Source: Xylanibacter ruminicola 23
Lineage (GTDB): Bacteria > Bacteroidota > Bacteroidia > Bacteroidales > Bacteroidaceae
Length of the DNA: 32,000 nucleotides
Reading direction: 5' to 3'
Assembly: GCF_000025925.1 (NCBI RefSeq)
Contig: NC_014033.1
Span: 3,360,001 to 3,392,000 of the forward strand
Position numbers and translations under genes: made by a program. The notes below the pieces were generated by a model. It ran no database searches and had not been told where the DNA came from. It saw nothing but the letters and a program-made list of their open reading frames with translations. Within the stretch, counting starts at the first letter, position 1; every line of letters begins with the position of its first letter. Shown in pieces: positions 10,250-19,739 of the stretch.

Positions 10250-12019
10250 ATGAAAAAGATTATTAATATATTGACTCTGGCCGCAGTATCGGTAGCATTC
10301 ACATCATGTGATGACCTGTTTGAGCCTGCTATTGAAAACAACCTCGGTCTGGACTATATGTATGAAAACCCTCAGTACGCTGAAGGCGTATTGGGTAATG
10401 CTTATACACGTATCCCCTGCGCTGACTTCCCATTCAGCGAGGTGGCTACCGACGATGCTGTGAGCAATGACGCTACAAACGACTGGCGTAAGATTGCTTC
10501 AGGTACATGGACTTCGAACGAGAACCCATCAGAGCGTTGGCGTAACTGCCGTGCTGCCATCATGTATCTCAACCTGTTCCTGGCTAATGCCGACAAGGTG
10601 AATTGGGCTAATGACGAGATGGCTTCGCGTATGTTTAACGACCGTGAGAAGGGTGAGGCCTATGGTATGCGTGCCATGTATATGTACTATCTGTTGCAGG
10701 CTCATGGTGGTATGACTGCCGATGGTCAGTTGCTGGGTGTGCCCATCGTAACTGAGCCCGAGGATGCAAGTAGCGAGTTCAATTTGCCACGTAACACTTT
10801 TGCAGAGTGCCTGCAGGCCATCTATGATGACTGCGACCGTGCTTTGGAATTGTTGCCTACTAATTATAAGGATATTAAGAATGCCAGTGAGATTCCTTCA
10901 AAGTATCAGGGTGCAAACGTTGGTCAGTACAACCGTGTGTTCGGTGCTAACTTCCAGCTCCGTATGTCGGGTGCCATTGTCGAGGCTTTCCGTTCTAAGG
11001 CTGCTCTGCTGGCAGCCAGCCCTGCTTTCGAAAAGTCGGGTGCTACCATGGCTCAGGCTGCCGACTATGCAGCAGTAGTTCTGGACCGTATTGGTGGTGT
11101 AGCTGGTATGGATCCTAATGGTTGGACCTGGTACTGCAACAATGAGATTGATGCCCTCTCAGCTGGTCAGCTGCCAAAGGAAATCCTTTGGAGAGGTGAG
11201 GTGGAGAAGAGCGGTAGCAACGACCGCGAGGCTGACATGTTCCCTCCATCACTCTATGGTAAGGGTCGTATCAATCCTACTCAGAACTTCGTCAATGCCT
11301 TCCCAATGGCCAACGGTTATCCTATCGATAATGAAAAGAGTGGATTCAATGCTGCTAATCCTTATGCTGATCGTGATCCTCGTCTGACTGCGTACGTTGT
11401 TTATGATGGCAACGGTGCAGGTAAGGATAACACGGCTATCAACACTACAGTGGATGATTCACAGAACCGTGATGGTTTGAACAACGAGGTTGGTTCTTCT
11501 ACCCGTACAGGTTACTATATGCGTAAGCTGTTGCGTCAGGAGATTAACCTGGATCCCTCGGCAAAAACCACACAGAAGCACTACAATGCTCGTATCCGCT
11601 TTACCGAGATCTTCCTGAACTATGCTGAAGCTGCCAACGAGGCTTGGGGCCCAACAGGTAAGGGTAACCACAGCTATAGTGCTTACGACATCATCAAGGC
11701 TCTGCACGAGCGTGCTGGTGTGGGTAACGACTATCTGGAGAGCATTAAGAACGACAAGGATAAGATGCGCGAGCTGATCCGTAACGAGCGTCGTATTGAG
11801 CTGAGCTTCGAGGGCTTCCGTTTCTGGGATCTCCGTCGTTGGAAGGCTAACCTGACAGAGCCCGCTAAGGGTATCAGCATTAAGACCGTTGATGGTAAGA
11901 AGACCTATACCACCATCGAGGTTGATAAGCGCGATTATAAGGACTACATGATCTATGGTCCAGTACCTTACTCTGAGATGCTGAAGTTCGATGAGTTGAA
12001 GCAGAACCAGGGCTGGTAA
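10250..12019 (+). CDS. xusD: SusD-like surface glycan-binding lipoprotein
   Basis: 589 aa. Lipobox AFTSC is followed by DDLFE. SusD/RagB hallmark IRNERRIELSFEGFRFWDLRRW. Confidence 0.92.
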   Translation: MKKIINILTLAAVSVAFTSCDDLFEPAIENNLGLDYMYENPQYAEGVLGNAYTRIPCADFPFSEVATDDAVSNDATNDWRKIASGTWTSNENPSERWRNCRAAIMYLNLFLANADKVNWANDEMASRMFNDREKGEAYGMRAMYMYYLLQAHGGMTADGQLLGVPIVTEPEDASSEFNLPRNTFAECLQAIYDDCDRALELLPTNYKDIKNASEIPSKYQGANVGQYNRVFGANFQLRMSGAIVEAFRSKAALLAASPAFEKSGATMAQAADYAAVVLDRIGGVAGMDPNGWTWYCNNEIDALSAGQLPKEILWRGEVEKSGSNDREADMFPPSLYGKGRINPTQNFVNAFPMANGYPIDNEKSGFNAANPYADRDPRLTAYVVYDGNGAGKDNTAINTTVDDSQNRDGLNNEVGSSTRTGYYMRKLLRQEINLDPSAKTTQKHYNARIRFTEIFLNYAEAANEAWGPTGKGNHSYSAYDIIKALHERAGVGNDYLESIKNDKDKMRELIRNERRIELSFEGFRFWDLRRWKANLTEPAKGISIKTVDGKKTYTTIEVDKRDYKDYMIYGPVPYSEMLKFDELKQNQGW

Positions 12020-12053
12020 TAAAACAATGTAAAACTAAAAAGTAAAAAAGAAA

Positions 12054-13088
12054 ATGAAACGAATATATGCATTCATTTGTGGAATCTGCGCGCTGAGTGC
12101 TTTCACATCTTGTGAAAACAAGGAGGTGGAGTTTGACGACTTTGACTATCAGACCGTCTACTTTGCCAAGCAGACTCCTATCAGAACGATTGTACTGGGT
12201 GACAATGTTTATCCTACAGAACTTGACAACCAGCATCAGTTCGAGGTATATGCCACTGTAGGTGGTGTATGGAAGAACCGTCAGGATCGTACCATTCAGG
12301 TGGCTGTGGATAACTCACTGGTTACCGGTAAGACCTTCGAGAATGGTTCACCTGTCCAGGCTTTGCCCGAGGATTATTATGAGTTGTTGAGCAATACACT
12401 GACCATTCCTTATGGAAAGGTGATGGGTGCAGTGAAGGTTCAGCTCACTGATAAGTTCTTTGACGATGCCAAGGCTACAAGTCTGAATTATGTACTGCCT
12501 TTGCGTATTGTAGGCGCTAAGGACTCGGTACTGACTGGTAAGGACTATATCCTTTACGGTTTGAAGTATATCAACAAATATACAGGCGCATGGATTAGTC
12601 ATGGTACTGATGAGATTGATCTGAATGGTGTGAAGTCGACCGAGACCCGTGAGGCTGAGTACCTGGAGAAGAACGAGATCCGCTACCTTACTACCGAAGG
12701 TCTGGCAGTAAGCAACTACTCTGTTCCTACAACAGTAGAGGCTTACAGATATGATGATGCTGCGAAAGCGTATAAGAAGACCATCGTATCACTGCCATGT
12801 AACCTCAAGCTGACCTTTGGTCAGGACGAGAGCTGCACAGTAGTTCCTACTACTGCAGGCTGCACCGGTTCTGGTTCAGGTAAGTGGACTTTGAAGGGCG
12901 CTAAGAATGCATGGGGTGGTAAGGATCGCGACGAGATCGTGCTCAACTATACCATCGATTATGAGTACACTGACTATGATCCCAATAACAATTGGGCTGC
13001 TGTTCAGCGTCATAAGATTGTGAAGAGCGCTGATACGCTGGTTATGCGTGATCGTCAGACCAAGCTCGAAACTTTCGTAGTAAAATAA
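12054..13088 (+). CDS. xusE: Surface lipoprotein of unknown fold, probable accessory surface glycan-binding protein (xusE slot)
   Basis: 344 aa. Lipobox AFTSC is followed by the acidic ENKEVEFDD. No catalytic motif recognised. It occupies the conserved hypothetical-protein slot between the second SusD and the GH10 gene in Xus clusters. Confidence 0.7.
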   Translation: MKRIYAFICGICALSAFTSCENKEVEFDDFDYQTVYFAKQTPIRTIVLGDNVYPTELDNQHQFEVYATVGGVWKNRQDRTIQVAVDNSLVTGKTFENGSPVQALPEDYYELLSNTLTIPYGKVMGAVKVQLTDKFFDDAKATSLNYVLPLRIVGAKDSVLTGKDYILYGLKYINKYTGAWISHGTDEIDLNGVKSTETREAEYLEKNEIRYLTTEGLAVSNYSVPTTVEAYRYDDAAKAYKKTIVSLPCNLKLTFGQDESCTVVPTTAGCTGSGSGKWTLKGAKNAWGGKDRDEIVLNYTIDYEYTDYDPNNNWAAVQRHKIVKSADTLVMRDRQTKLETFVVK

Positions 13089-13107
13089 AAAATAATTCTG
13101 AAAGATT

Positions 13108-15231
13108 ATGAAACGTAATATTTCAAATATCATCTGTGGTGTTGTCGCCGTCTGTGGCCTCGCTTCATGTGCCGACACAGACATGATCAACATCTTTAAG
13201 GATAAGACTAAGAATCTGAAGGACTATGAGTACCTGAATGATTACGATGCGCTTAAAACATTTTCTAACCCTAAGGCTTCTCCCAATTTCAAGTTGGGAG
13301 TGGCCTTGGAGGCAGATGACTATAATGCCAACGGTCTTGTTACACGTCTGGCTAATGCCAACTTCATGGAGCTGACAGCAGGAAATGCAATGAAAATGGC
13401 TTCGTGTGTGGATGAGAATGGTAATCTGAACTTCGAGAATGTTCAGGCATTTGTTGATAATGCTGAGGCCAATGGTGTGTCGGTTTATGGTCACACACTG
13501 GCTTGGCATGCTCAGCAGCCCCTGAAGTGGTTGGAGAAGCTGCTCAAAGATAAGGAGCTCGACATCGATCCTAATGCGAAGCTTGAGAAGGAAGACTATT
13601 CTGGTGACTTTGTGGGCATGTCAAAGTTCCCTTATTATGTGATGGGTTATGAGCCATCTATTGTTAATGGCTGTCTGCATTCAGAGAACCCTGGTTCATG
13701 GTATCAGTATTTTATTGCTGATGGTATTTCTATCCCAGCCGATGGCAATTATACTGCTATTGTAAAGGTCAAAGGTTCTGTTGCAAATGATGGTCTTACC
13801 CTGAACTGTGGCTGGGGCTGGGGCTCTGGCGAGTCAGCTTCGGGTAAACTGAAGATTACAACAGACTGGACTGAGCAGAAGGTCGACTTTACCGGAATTC
13901 CTGGTGGAAAGAAGTGTAACCTTGTACTTCAGCCTGGTAGCTATGACGGTACTCTTGATATTCAGACCGTTCGTCTGGTTCATTACGAATCACCTGCTAT
14001 CGAGGTTGCAGTTAACGATTATGATTACTCGTTCAAGGATGTTAGTAAGTTCCCATATTATGTGATGGGCTACGAGCCAACAATTGTTAATGGCTGTCTG
14101 CATTCAGAGAACCCAGGTTCATGGTATCAGTACTTCATTGCTGATAACATTCCGCATCCTATCGAGGGTACTTATGTTGCAACCGTACGTGTAAAAGCTT
14201 CAAAGGCTGGCAGCATGGCTCTTAATATGGGCTGGGGCTGGGGCTCTGGCGAATCTGCATCTGGAACTTTGAAGGTTGATACTGAATGGAAGGATGTGAA
14301 GGTTACCTATGATAATATCCCTGCCAAGTCATGTAACCTGGTACTCCAGCCTGGTAGCTTCGATGGTGTTATTGACATCGCATCGGTGAAGGTTGACCAC
14401 ATCGTAAAGATGAACACACTGCCTCTGACAGAGAAAGAGAAGAAGGATACACTGACTTATGCTCTGGATAAGTGGATCGGTGGTATCATGACTGCTTGTG
14501 ATGGTAAGGTAAAGGCTTGGGACGTAGTAAACGAGGCACTCTCAAGCGGACATGCCGATGCTGAGGGCGTATATGCTTTGCAGCACCTGAAGGATCAGGA
14601 AGATCCTGAAAAGGCTGCAACCGAGAGCTTCTTCTGGCAGGATTATCTGGGCGATATCGACTATGTTCGTACTGCCGTTAAGCTGGCTCGCAAGTATGGT
14701 CCACAGGATATGAAGCTCTTCATCAACGACTATAACCTTGAGGCTGCTTGGGATCAGAACAACAAGGCCAAGAGTCTGGTTGCTTGGATTAAGCGTTGGG
14801 AGGCTGACGGCGTGACCAAGATTGATGGTATCGGTAGTCAGATGCACGTAACCTGCAGCATGAATGCCGACAAGCAGAAGGCTAATGAAGAGGCTGTTGT
14901 GAACATGCTGAACATTCTGGCTGGTAGCAAGAAGCTGGTTAAGATCTCTGAGCTTGATATGGGCTGTGAGGATGAAGCCGGCAATGTTATTAAGACAGAG
15001 AATATGACCGAGGAGCAGCATAAGGCTATGTCTGCTTACTATAAGTTCATCATCGAGAAGTACTTTGAGATTATCCCTGCTGACCAGCAGTATGGTATCT
15101 GCCAGTGGTGCATTACCGATGCTCCAACTAACTCAGGTTGGCGCAAGGGTGAGCCTGTAGGTCTCTGGGATCTCGATTATAACCGTAAACATACCTACGG
15201 CGGATTTGCTGATGGTTTGAACGGTAAATGA
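13108..15231 (+). CDS. xyn10C: GH10 endo-1,4-beta-xylanase lipoprotein with two CBM4-like modules inserted in the catalytic domain
   Basis: 707 aa. Lipobox GLASC is followed by ADTD. GH10 N-terminal strands (YGHTLAWHAQQP), acid/base block KAWDVVNEAL and nucleophile block KISELDMG. About 290 aa containing a tandem repeat lie between the HTLAWH block and the rest of the barrel, as in the Xyn10C-type enzymes of Prevotella and Bacteroides. Confidence 0.92.
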   Translation: MKRNISNIICGVVAVCGLASCADTDMINIFKDKTKNLKDYEYLNDYDALKTFSNPKASPNFKLGVALEADDYNANGLVTRLANANFMELTAGNAMKMASCVDENGNLNFENVQAFVDNAEANGVSVYGHTLAWHAQQPLKWLEKLLKDKELDIDPNAKLEKEDYSGDFVGMSKFPYYVMGYEPSIVNGCLHSENPGSWYQYFIADGISIPADGNYTAIVKVKGSVANDGLTLNCGWGWGSGESASGKLKITTDWTEQKVDFTGIPGGKKCNLVLQPGSYDGTLDIQTVRLVHYESPAIEVAVNDYDYSFKDVSKFPYYVMGYEPTIVNGCLHSENPGSWYQYFIADNIPHPIEGTYVATVRVKASKAGSMALNMGWGWGSGESASGTLKVDTEWKDVKVTYDNIPAKSCNLVLQPGSFDGVIDIASVKVDHIVKMNTLPLTEKEKKDTLTYALDKWIGGIMTACDGKVKAWDVVNEALSSGHADAEGVYALQHLKDQEDPEKAATESFFWQDYLGDIDYVRTAVKLARKYGPQDMKLFINDYNLEAAWDQNNKAKSLVAWIKRWEADGVTKIDGIGSQMHVTCSMNADKQKANEEAVVNMLNILAGSKKLVKISELDMGCEDEAGNVIKTENMTEEQHKAMSAYYKFIIEKYFEIIPADQQYGICQWCITDAPTNSGWRKGEPVGLWDLDYNRKHTYGGFADGLNGK
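13621..14400 (+). repeat. Intragenic tandem duplication of a roughly 141-codon CBM4-like module (copy 1 13621-13983, copy 2 14044-14400)
   Basis: SKFPYYVMGYEPSIVNGCLHSENPGSWYQYFIAD...GWGWGSGESASGKLK...CNLVLQPGSYDG aligns with SKFPYYVMGYEPTIVNGCLHSENPGSWYQYFIAD...GWGWGSGESASGTLK...CNLVLQPGSFDG. The period is 423 nt. Confidence 0.9.
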
Positions 15232-15280
15232 TATTGTTTGTCTATGAGCAGACAATTTTAGAACTTTACATTGTTTTTGG

Positions 15281-15312
15281 AGCCTGGGCTTGTGAAAGTC
15301 CAGGCTTTTTTC
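15281..15312 (+). terminator. Rho-independent terminator of the xus operon
   Basis: agcctgggctt / gtga loop / aagtccaggct forms an 11-bp stem with one G-U pair, followed by TTTTTT. It lies 50 nt after the xyn10C stop. Confidence 0.8.
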
Positions 15313-15335
15313 TTGGTAGATTCAATAAAAATGTG

Positions 15336-15343
15336 TAATTTTG
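15336..15343 (+). promoter_or_regulatory. Putative -7 promoter box for the four-gene cassette
   Basis: TAATTTTG matches TAnnTTTG. It lies 25 nt upstream of the ATG at 15369 and immediately downstream of the terminator. Confidence 0.45.
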
Positions 15344-15368
15344 CAGGGTTTTTTGAAAGATCAGATTT

Positions 15369-17027
15369 ATGAAGCCTGAATACATCAATAGATATCTCCA
15401 GACGGCTGCCAAAAAGAATTGGATTTTGTCAGTTTTTCTTGGCGCTTTGATCTTTTTGTTTTGGGGAGGATATCTGCCGCATGCACTTTCTTACGCAGAG
15501 CAATACCAACTGTTTTTGTGGACGCCTGACTATCTGTTAGGATGTTTGGGGCATCCAGGAGGGGCTGCTGAATGGCTCGAAACATGTATGGTGCAGTTTT
15601 ATTACCTGCTGTGGTTGGGGGCAATGATTCTGGCTTTGCTTTTTATCGGCTATCAGCGGATGGTGGCAAGCTGGTTAAAAGCAGAGTCTTTTCTGCTGAG
15701 TTTGATTCCTGCTATTTTGCTCTTTTGGGCGATGGGCGATCTGGATGTGCTTCTTTCGTTTCCTATCGCTATTATGGCTTCTCTGGCGATGGCTAAGATT
15801 GGTGTTGCTAATCGTTGGTTGGATATCTGCAAGGAAATGGTTCTGACACCATTGGTATATTGGCTGATTGGTCCGATGGCATGGCTGTATGTAGCATTAC
15901 GCATTGTGGTGGATTACAAGCGCTTTATCTGGCTGCCATTATGGTTGTTGGCCATACAACTGGTGTTGTGGCATACGTTGCTGGAGCAGTTACCCTTACA
16001 CTCGGTGATGTGTTCTATGGGCTATTATCGTAGTCCATCGGTGGTTCCCCTGCTATGGATAGTGCCACTATCCGTGCTGTTATGTGTGTTGGCTGACCGA
16101 CTATATATAAATAAGGTATTAAAGTGGCCTGTTCAGGCGATTGCCGTTGTGGTGTTAGGTTGGCTGGCTGTGACACGTGGTTATGCCGATGAGCGCTACG
16201 AGTTGGTATGGCAAGACTATCAAATCAGAAACGAACATTGGGACGACATCATCAAACGGGCCGAACAGAAAACGGTGGAAACGGCATTCTGGTCTAACAG
16301 CGTGAATCTGGCATTGGCAGAACGTCGCCAGTTGGCTGATAGAATGTTCGACTTTTACCAGAGCGGAATCGATGCCTTGTTAATGAATATGGTACGCGAT
16401 CCATTCTCGAATATACCAGCTGCCGAGGCTTTCTATCGTTTGGGTATGGTTAATTCTGCACAACGGTATATGTTTGATATGCAGGAGTCGATCAATAATG
16501 GCAGAAAGAGCGGACGTTTTACCCAGCGTATCGCTGAGTGCTATATTATCAATGGGAAATACGATTTGGCCAGGAAACATCTGGCGCTCCTGAAGAACAG
16601 TCTGTTTTATAAGAACTGGGCAGAAGAGGCAGAGCAATATCTGGGCGATGAGGCTGGGATTAATGCCCATTCTGTTTGGGGAAAGTTGCGACAATATCGA
16701 CAGAAGCAGGATTTCCTGTTCTACTACCCGGAGATGGCTTCGATGCTGGGTAGCTTGTTTAATGGAAACAGATCGAACACCATGGCGTTGGATTATTTCG
16801 TGGCGCAGGTCCTGTTGAACGGCGATGCGCCCACCTTCCAGCAGGCATTGCCATGGGTAGAGCAGTGTGGAGGCTATATGCAGATGCCTCGTGGTTATCA
16901 AGATGCCTTGAACTGTATCCAGCGTCAGGGTAATGTGCCAGGTTCGCCGTATGCCGCCTTTATCAGTAGGATGTTAGCGAAAGCACAGCAACAACAAAAC
17001 AATCAAGTGTATGAAACAGCTCATTAA
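15369..17027 (+). CDS. Uncharacterised polytopic membrane protein (about 8 predicted TM segments) with a C-terminal helical, TPR-like soluble domain; paralogue A1
   Basis: 552 aa. Hydrophobic segments by eye at about aa 18-36, 73-95, 108-123, 126-145, 157-180, 186-205, 225-242 and 255-269, followed by a roughly 280-aa hydrophilic helical region. Shares the blocks KKNW, FWG, QLFL..DYL, LVQF, YWL.GP and SLFYKNWA with the ORF at 18505. From memory it resembles the Bacteroidota DUF6057 membrane-protein family; this is unverified. Confidence 0.8.
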   Translation: MKPEYINRYLQTAAKKNWILSVFLGALIFLFWGGYLPHALSYAEQYQLFLWTPDYLLGCLGHPGGAAEWLETCMVQFYYLLWLGAMILALLFIGYQRMVASWLKAESFLLSLIPAILLFWAMGDLDVLLSFPIAIMASLAMAKIGVANRWLDICKEMVLTPLVYWLIGPMAWLYVALRIVVDYKRFIWLPLWLLAIQLVLWHTLLEQLPLHSVMCSMGYYRSPSVVPLLWIVPLSVLLCVLADRLYINKVLKWPVQAIAVVVLGWLAVTRGYADERYELVWQDYQIRNEHWDDIIKRAEQKTVETAFWSNSVNLALAERRQLADRMFDFYQSGIDALLMNMVRDPFSNIPAAEAFYRLGMVNSAQRYMFDMQESINNGRKSGRFTQRIAECYIINGKYDLARKHLALLKNSLFYKNWAEEAEQYLGDEAGINAHSVWGKLRQYRQKQDFLFYYPEMASMLGSLFNGNRSNTMALDYFVAQVLLNGDAPTFQQALPWVEQCGGYMQMPRGYQDALNCIQRQGNVPGSPYAAFISRMLAKAQQQQNNQVYETAH

Positions 17028-18495
17028 TCATATTTCTATTGTCTTGACAGCGATCTTCTGTCTGGTCATGCTGGAGGGCTGTCGCCATCAGGTGGAGCAT
17101 GCAACTCGTGTGCATCAGGTGCCTGCTATCTATCCCGATTATGTAGGGGTGACTATCCCGGCGGGTATTGCTCCCTTGGATTTTAATTTCGTGGGTGGCA
17201 ATGTGGATCTGTTGGATGTAACGGTTCGTGGCTCTAAAGGAGGCGAACTGCATGTACAAGGTGAATGGGCTGACTTTGATATTGAAGCATGGCAACAGCT
17301 GACCCAACAGAATGCAGGTGGTGAGTTGCTATTTACTGTTTGTGTGGAGCATGATGACCAGTGGACACAGTATGATGATTTCAAGGTGTATGTGAGCAAA
17401 CTGCCCTTAGAGGATTATGGCCTGACTTATCGTAGAATTCCACCTGGTTATGAGGTGGGTGGCGCTAACATCGGTATCTATCAGCGTGATTTGCACAGTT
17501 TCGACGAGACTGCCATTTTGAAGGTGAGTGCTGTTTACGGCCATTGCATCAACTGTCATACAGCTAACCAGACCAATCCTTCTACGCTTACCATGCAGTT
17601 CCGTGGCGAAGGTGGTGGCACCCTGGTGCAGAAGAATGGCAACCAGCAATGGCTGAATACCCGTACCGATTCTACCAAGGCTGCTGGCAGCTATGCCTAC
17701 TGGCATCCGTCGGGGCGTTATTGTGCTTACGCCGTGAATTCGGTGCATCAGAATTTCCATGTGGGTACCGAGAAACGTATTGAGGCTTATCACCGCTTTA
17801 GCGATCTGATTCTCTTAGATACTCAGACCAATCAACTGATACTCTCGCCATTGTTACAGACGGAGGATCAGGAGATATTCCCCGCATTCTCGCCCGATGG
17901 TAAGTATCTGTATTACAGCACTTCGAAACCATGCAATCTGCCTGCTGAGTACGAGAAGGTGAAGTGTAGCATCTGCCGGATTGCCTTTGATGGGAAGACA
18001 GGCACTTTCGGTAACGAGGTTGATACACTGGTAAATACTGCGGCTACCGGTAAGAGTTATACGTTGGTTCGTCCTTCTTACGATGGACGCTGGCTGATGT
18101 TCTGTGTGAGCGACCATAGTAATTTCCCGGTGTTCCAGAATGATGCCGACTTATGGCTGATGGACTTGAAAACTGGTGAGATGCGTGAGTTGAAGGAGGT
18201 AAACAGTCGTAAGACGGAGAGCTTTCATAACTGGAGCTCAAACAGTGGATGGTTTGTGTTCTCGTCGAAACGCGAGAATGGCGAGTATGCCCAACTTTAC
18301 CTGGCATCTATAGATGATAAAGGCCGTGTTACCAAGCCGTTCTTGTTGCCCCAGCGTAATCCCAAGAAATACTACAGTGAATTGTTCGACTCGTATAATG
18401 TGCCCGATTTCACCAAGTCACCAGTAAGTCTGGATGTACATGAGGTTCACAGACAGGTGTTTGATGGCAAGCGACAACAGGTAACAATTAGATAA
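17011..18495 (+). CDS. Uncharacterised lipoprotein with a single CXXCH motif and PD40/TolB-like beta-propeller repeats; paralogue B1
   Basis: 494 aa. Signal peptide with lipobox MLEGC (Cys24). CINCH at nt 17545-17559. PD40-like blades PAFSPDGKYLYYST, RPSYDGRWLMF and HNWSSNSGWFVFSS. Collinear with the ORF at 19740 over its whole length. The start overlaps the A1 stop by 17 nt. Confidence 0.85.
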   Translation: MKQLINHISIVLTAIFCLVMLEGCRHQVEHATRVHQVPAIYPDYVGVTIPAGIAPLDFNFVGGNVDLLDVTVRGSKGGELHVQGEWADFDIEAWQQLTQQNAGGELLFTVCVEHDDQWTQYDDFKVYVSKLPLEDYGLTYRRIPPGYEVGGANIGIYQRDLHSFDETAILKVSAVYGHCINCHTANQTNPSTLTMQFRGEGGGTLVQKNGNQQWLNTRTDSTKAAGSYAYWHPSGRYCAYAVNSVHQNFHVGTEKRIEAYHRFSDLILLDTQTNQLILSPLLQTEDQEIFPAFSPDGKYLYYSTSKPCNLPAEYEKVKCSICRIAFDGKTGTFGNEVDTLVNTAATGKSYTLVRPSYDGRWLMFCVSDHSNFPVFQNDADLWLMDLKTGEMRELKEVNSRKTESFHNWSSNSGWFVFSSKRENGEYAQLYLASIDDKGRVTKPFLLPQRNPKKYYSELFDSYNVPDFTKSPVSLDVHEVHRQVFDGKRQQVTIR

Positions 18496-18504
18496 CCAAA
18501 CGAA

Positions 18505-19728
18505 ATGATGAAAAAGAATTGGAAACTATATCTGACAGCCCTATTTGGTATAGCTGTGTTCTGTTTCTGGGGGTATGTGTGGCCTGAAGTGATATTGGCG
18601 CGTGAGTCGTTTCAGCTGTTCCTCTATCAGGATGATTATCTGATGGAGCGGTTGGCTTTTCCTGATGGCATGGCGCGCTATGTTGGAGAGTTCCTGGTAC
18701 AGTTCTTTCGATTCGTGACGCTGGGAGCCTTGCTATCTGCTATCTTGCTGGTTGCTATTCAACAGCTTTTCGGTGTGCTGCTGAAACGAGTTCTGCCTGC
18801 TGTCAGTGAAAAGATTCTTTTCCCCGTATCTTTCTTGCCTTCGGTCGTGCTGTGTTACCTGTTATGCGACCTGGACTTCTCAATGACTCTGCCTGTAGGT
18901 CTTCTGTTTACATTGGTGCTGATATTGCTATTGCCCCATCGGAAGATGCCTGCTTTCATCGTTTCATGTCTGCTCGTGCCAATAGGCTATTGGCTGGCAG
19001 GTCCTATCATCGTGTTGCTGCCTTTATATCATCTCAGAATGCTTTCTATCCCTCGCGAAAGAATAGCTGTTGTAGCACAGACTTCGGGTATGGGCCTGCT
19101 GTTGCTGGCCTGTATCATCTTCAGTTCGTATTTCGTGCCGTATTCTTTGGAGAATATATTCAAGGGCTTGGATTACCAGATGATTCAGCGTGGCAAGTTT
19201 GGCACCGATGAGGAGATGGTGTATGATCGTCTTTTGCGTATGAAAGACTGGAACGAGATTGTCAGGAGGTCGAACGAGCAGGAACCGCAGTCGTTAGCTT
19301 GTAAAAACGTGGTACGTTTGGCCAAGTATTACCTGAAGCAGATTTCCGGTGATGAGTTGAAGGAGAATCTGTTGCATACTTACGAGGTGCTGACCAGTGG
19401 TATGGCGGCCATGATGATGAGCGATGTATATCTTCACATGGGTTTCCCGAACATATCGCAACGTGCTGCCTTCGAGGTGCTGGAGAGTACTTCGAATTAT
19501 AATATGAGTGGTCGTGAACTGTCGCGACTGGTGGAAACAGCTCTGATTACGGGGCAATATGAGGTAGCGTTGAAATACATCTCTTTGTTGGAATCTACCT
19601 TGTTCTATCGTAACTGGGCAAAACAGATGAGAGAGTTGGCTGCGCATCCTGAAACAATTAAAAGGGTGCCATTCTATGGCCCGTTACAGGATATCTATGG
19701 TCAGACAGTTGATGTGAATTTCTTTTAG
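18505..19728 (+). CDS. Uncharacterised polytopic membrane protein with a shorter C-terminal helical domain; paralogue A2
   Basis: 407 aa with the same N-terminal layout as A1 (MMKKNW..., FWG, QLFLYQDDYL, LVQFF, GYWLAGP). The soluble domain aligns with A1 (SQRAAFEVLESTSNYNMSGRELSRLVETALITGQYEVALKYISLLESTLFYRNWA versus SAQRYMFDMQESINNGRKSGRFTQRIAECYIINGKYDLARKHLALLKNSLFYKNWA). It ends about 100 residues earlier than A1, measured from the shared LFY(K/R)NWA block. Confidence 0.8.
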   Translation: MMKKNWKLYLTALFGIAVFCFWGYVWPEVILARESFQLFLYQDDYLMERLAFPDGMARYVGEFLVQFFRFVTLGALLSAILLVAIQQLFGVLLKRVLPAVSEKILFPVSFLPSVVLCYLLCDLDFSMTLPVGLLFTLVLILLLPHRKMPAFIVSCLLVPIGYWLAGPIIVLLPLYHLRMLSIPRERIAVVAQTSGMGLLLLACIIFSSYFVPYSLENIFKGLDYQMIQRGKFGTDEEMVYDRLLRMKDWNEIVRRSNEQEPQSLACKNVVRLAKYYLKQISGDELKENLLHTYEVLTSGMAAMMMSDVYLHMGFPNISQRAAFEVLESTSNYNMSGRELSRLVETALITGQYEVALKYISLLESTLFYRNWAKQMRELAAHPETIKRVPFYGPLQDIYGQTVDVNFF

Positions 19729-19739
19729 ATGAAGGTGAT

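Noticed and set aside
17545-17559. The CXXCH motif as a thioredoxin-like CXXC redox site
   Set aside because: The sequence context (G.C.NCHT with an invariant His directly after the second Cys, and no W-C-G-P-C-like thioredoxin surroundings) fits a haem c attachment motif better. This remains unproven, and metal binding is a further alternative.
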